NCBI GenBank assembly: GCA_043813365.1
Contig: JBDRLB010000037.1
Coordinates: 1-18,624, forward strand
Length of the DNA: 18,624 bases
Reading direction: 5' to 3'
Source: Candidatus Micrarchaeota archaeon
GTDB taxonomy: Archaea > Micrarchaeota > Micrarchaeia > Norongarragalinales > SBBD01
Position numbers and translations under genes: made by a program. Each line of letters opens with the position of its first letter. Positions within the stretch are counted from its first letter, which is position 1. The notes beneath the pieces were generated by a model that saw nothing but the letters and a program-made list of their open reading frames with translations, was not told where the DNA came from and searched no databases. This document shows positions 16,507-18,624 of this stretch, piece after piece.

Positions 16507-17055
16507 ATGGCTAAGGAATACGTTAAATTCGAGACTCCGGCAGATGTGCAGAAGAAGATACTGGACTTGCTAGCGGATGTCAAAACCGCCAGCGGGATCC
16601 TGAGGAAGGGCACCAACGAATGCACCAAAGCCATTGAGAAGGGAGAGGCGCAGATCGTCATCATTGCGGAAGACGTGGACCCGGCAGAGATCGTGATGCA
16701 TTTGCCGCAGATATGTTCGGAGAAGAAGGTGCCTTATGTTTACGTGAAGGAAAAGGCGGCCCTTGGAAAAGCGGCCGGGCTGAACGTAGGCTCCGCTGCA
16801 ATCGCAATACAGAAAGCAGGCAACACTTCCAACGAGAACGCGCTCAAGGATATTGTCTCCAAGATGGCGGGCAAATTGAACTTCAAAGCGGAGGAGAAGC
16901 CTGCTGCAAAGGAGGAGAAGAAGGTCGCGCCGAAGAGGGCTCCAAAGAAGAAGGAGGAAAAGCCTGCTGCAAAGGAGGAAAAGCCTGCTGAAGAGGCAAA
17001 CGCTGCGCTGAAGGAGGAGAAGCCAGAGGAAAAGAAGGAAGAGGCAAAAGCGTAA
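16507..17055 (+). CDS. rpl7ae: 50S ribosomal protein L7Ae (eL8) with a long K/E/A/P-rich C-terminal tail
   Basis: YVKFETP, RKGTNECTKAIEKG, IIAEDVDPAEIVMHLP and LGKAAGL motifs. ATG 16507 follows the SD GGGTGA. Confidence 0.97.
   Translation: MAKEYVKFETPADVQKKILDLLADVKTASGILRKGTNECTKAIEKGEAQIVIIAEDVDPAEIVMHLPQICSEKKVPYVYVKEKAALGKAAGLNVGSAAIAIQKAGNTSNENALKDIVSKMAGKLNFKAEEKPAAKEEKKVAPKRAPKKKEEKPAAKEEKPAEEANAALKEEKPEEKKEEAKA
16891..16990 (+). repeat. Intragenic ~30-bp imperfect direct repeat encoding EEKPAAKEEK
   Basis: gaggagaagcctgctgcaaaggaggagaag (16891-16920) and gaggaaaagcctgctgcaaaggaggaaaag (16954-16983), plus a partial third unit. Confidence 0.8.
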
Positions 17056-17085
17056 CCTCCCGTTTTCTTATTTTGAGTGATTCAT

Positions 17086-17394
17086 ATGGGTGGACTTAAG
17101 AAGAAATTCAAGGACATGACGATGCAGGGAAAGGAGGAAACCAAGGAGTTCCGGCCTGCCGAAGGGCACCTTGCGGAAGTGGTCGAAATTGTCGGCAAAA
17201 CGGGCGTTTTCGGCGAAATCCTGCAAGTGCTCTGCAAAGTTCTCGAGGGAAGGGACAGGGGCCGCGTGATTCGGAGGAATGTGAAGGGTTCCGTGAAAAT
17301 CGGCGATTACCTGATGCTTTTGGAAACGGAAAGGGAGGCAAAGCCCCTCAAATCCAAGAAGCCGAAAAAGGACCTAAGGAGGTCGATGATGTAA
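17086..17394 (+). CDS. rps28e: 30S ribosomal protein S28e with N- and C-terminal extensions
   Basis: [56 protein letters not shown] core in the conserved L7Ae-S28e-L24e order. The start is ATG 17086 or GTG 17077. Confidence 0.95.
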   Translation: MGGLKKKFKDMTMQGKEETKEFRPAEGHLAEVVEIVGKTGVFGEILQVLCKVLEGRDRGRVIRRNVKGSVKIGDYLMLLETEREAKPLKSKKPKKDLRRSMM

Positions 17395-17395
17395 C

Positions 17396-17584
17396 ATGGC
17401 AATATGCTCATTCTGCGGGTACGAAGTGCTTACGGGTACTGGCATGACCTACTTCAAGAGGGACGGCACCAGCATGCACTTCTGCTCCCGGAAGTGCGAA
17501 AAGAACCAGTTCAAGCTGAAGAGGAACCCGGCACACTTCAAGTGGACGGAGAAGTTTGCGACTTCAGCGAAGAAGAAAAAGTAA
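17396..17584 (+). CDS. rpl24e: 50S ribosomal protein L24e
   Basis: CSFCG...GTG...FCSRKCEKN...RNP...KWT zinc-finger signature. Confidence 0.96.
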   Translation: MAICSFCGYEVLTGTGMTYFKRDGTSMHFCSRKCEKNQFKLKRNPAHFKWTEKFATSAKKKK

Positions 17585-17704
17585 CTAGTTTATTTCAGCT
17601 TTTCCCTGATTACCTTAGCCAGATCCACGGGAGGATCGCCGTATTGGATTTCCAGCATGCACACGCGACGTTGTCCCCCCACGCTCCATGCCAGGCGATT
17701 CCTG

Positions 17705-18001
17705 CTACTGCCTCTTTGTTTTCAGGAATCGGACGGCTTCCCTCAGTTCCTCGGCTCGGGCGGCGGCGGATATCAGCTGTACTTTTTTTCCTTTCTCGAT
17801 GACCTGCACCGTAACCGGCAGCCTCATTTTTTTCAACTCCGCCGCGAGGGCAGCTTGGAATTCTTCAGTGTTTCTTGGCGCGGCTCCTTTTCTGAATGTA
17901 AAAACATGGTTCCCGCCATATGATTCGATTCTTCCGCTTAAATCCAGCCCATGCAACTCAAGCGTACGGCGGATCTGTTCCAAGTTTATCTTTAGGGCCA
18001 C
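17705..18001 (-). CDS. Hypothetical protein (98 aa), possibly frameshifted and continuing to 17590
   Basis: GTG start with an AT-rich TATA-like sequence about 25 nt upstream. A protein-like +1 frame continues to TAA at 17590. Confidence 0.55.
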   Translation of the reverse strand: MALKINLEQIRRTLELHGLDLSGRIESYGGNHVFTFRKGAAPRNTEEFQAALAAELKKMRLPVTVQVIEKGKKVQLISAAARAEELREAVRFLKTKRQ

Positions 18002-18179
18002 GATATGTTTCGGATAATGATAAATATTAAGCTAACTATGGCTCACGCTAACTATTGTAAAATAAAAATGCAGAAAGTGCTTTTTTGTATTTTACGCCGT
18101 ATAGGAAAACAATTCACTGAGAGTATCTTTCAGCCATCCTGATTTTCACTTCATTGAATCCATGAAAAAATGGCTGAGA

Positions 18180-18624
18180 GAAATGTGTTATGGTCTTTAG
18201 TAATGGTTGGCTCAAAAATCGCTTGCGCTTTTTTCTTACACCCCCATCCTATCGAACTTATCTGTTATAAGCGACCTATGCGGTTTCGTTTTAGGCATGG
18301 CTTCGTCCTTAGTTAGGCGGCAAAGTCAGAATCAATCAAATTTTGCCTGACTTCGCCTATGCCTTCAGGACTTATCCATTAGCGCGTAGCTACGCAGCTT
18401 GCCTTGGAAGACAGCTGCAATACCAGCGGCGCCGGTTCCCCGTTCCTCTCGTACTCAGAGAACCTTACCCTCAAACCGCAATGCACTTCTAGGAGATGCC
18501 ACCGAACTGTCTCGCGACGTTCTGAACCCAACTAACGTAGGTCTTTAATGGATGAACAACCCAACCCTTGGCGGCTCCTGCACCGCCAGGATGACCTGAG
18601 CCGATAGCGATGTACCAAACCGCG
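18180..18624 (-). rRNA. rrl: 23S rRNA, 3' portion (end of domain V and domain VI); the gene continues beyond the window end and the 3' end is approximate
   Basis: The reverse complement contains the A-loop UGUUC, GGGUUCAGAACGUCGCGAGACAGUUCGGU, the sarcin-ricin loop AGUACGAGAGGAAC (18442-18455) and GAUAGG...GUGUAAG...UACUAA, with helix pairings preserved (GGUC/GACC, UGCGGUUU/AAACCGCA). Confidence 0.97.
18313..18358 (-). other. 46-nt archaeal bulge-helix-bulge (BHB) intron in 23S rRNA helix 97
   Basis: The insertion splits the conserved GAAGGCAU|CUAAG. It folds as exon stem GUCCUGA/UAAGGAC, central 4-bp AGGC/GCCU, bulges AU|A and AA|C, and an 11-bp intron stem GGCGAAGUCAG/CUGACUUUGCC. Confidence 0.88.

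Noticed and set aside
16891..17050. CRISPR-like or mobile repeat
   Set aside because: The repeats are in-frame low-complexity codons of the L7Ae tail; no array, cas or transposase gene is seen anywhere in the window.
17620..17707. Amber (pyrrolysine or recoded) readthrough of the 98-aa ORF
   Set aside because: The in-frame continuation (QESPGMERGGTTSRVHAGNPIRRSSRGSG*) is not protein-like, and TAG acts as a normal stop in other genes here (e.g. at 5652, 11390 and 16426).
939..17923. Numerous overlapping alternative-frame and antisense ORFs in the track (e.g. 939-1454, 8498-9109, 10865-11380, 13194-13652, 13463-14038, 17404-17802)
   Set aside because: They overlap well-supported genes, lack recognisable motifs and have atypical composition, so they are treated as shadow ORFs.
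18313..18358. Group I/II intron or homing endonuclease in the 23S rRNA
   Set aside because: At 46 nt there is no room for a ribozyme core or an ORF; the BHB geometry explains it fully.

Overview
Archaeal genomic window, most likely DPANN/Micrarchaeota-like (inferred from gene families, TATA-box promoters and a divergent rRNA). Left 11.4 kb: a type IV pilus locus. It holds a 5'-truncated KaiC/RAD55-family ATPase, a six-gene operon of class III signal-peptide minor pilins plus a large secreted protein, an opposite-strand pair (Walker-A-less KaiC-like protein plus small membrane protein), a CpaF/VirB11 assembly ATPase with an N-terminal winged-helix-like extension, two TadB/TadC platform proteins and a separately promoted major pilin. 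Right part: housekeeping genes (an uncalled 51-aa membrane ORF, tpiA, rtcA, nac, a GT-C-like membrane protein, rpl7ae-rps28e-rpl24e) and the 3' ~445 nt of a minus-strand 23S rRNA gene. The strongest non-obvious signals are at RNA level: (1) a 46-nt canonical bulge-helix-bulge intron in helix 97 of the 23S rRNA; (2) clustered substitutions at highly conserved peptidyl-transferase-centre positions (E. coli C2499A, A2503C, G2505A, G2576U); (3) a kink-turn overlapping the rpl7ae Shine-Dalgarno, with a mutually exclusive alternative hairpin. E. coli numbering and all family calls are by eye and from memory; no searches were run.
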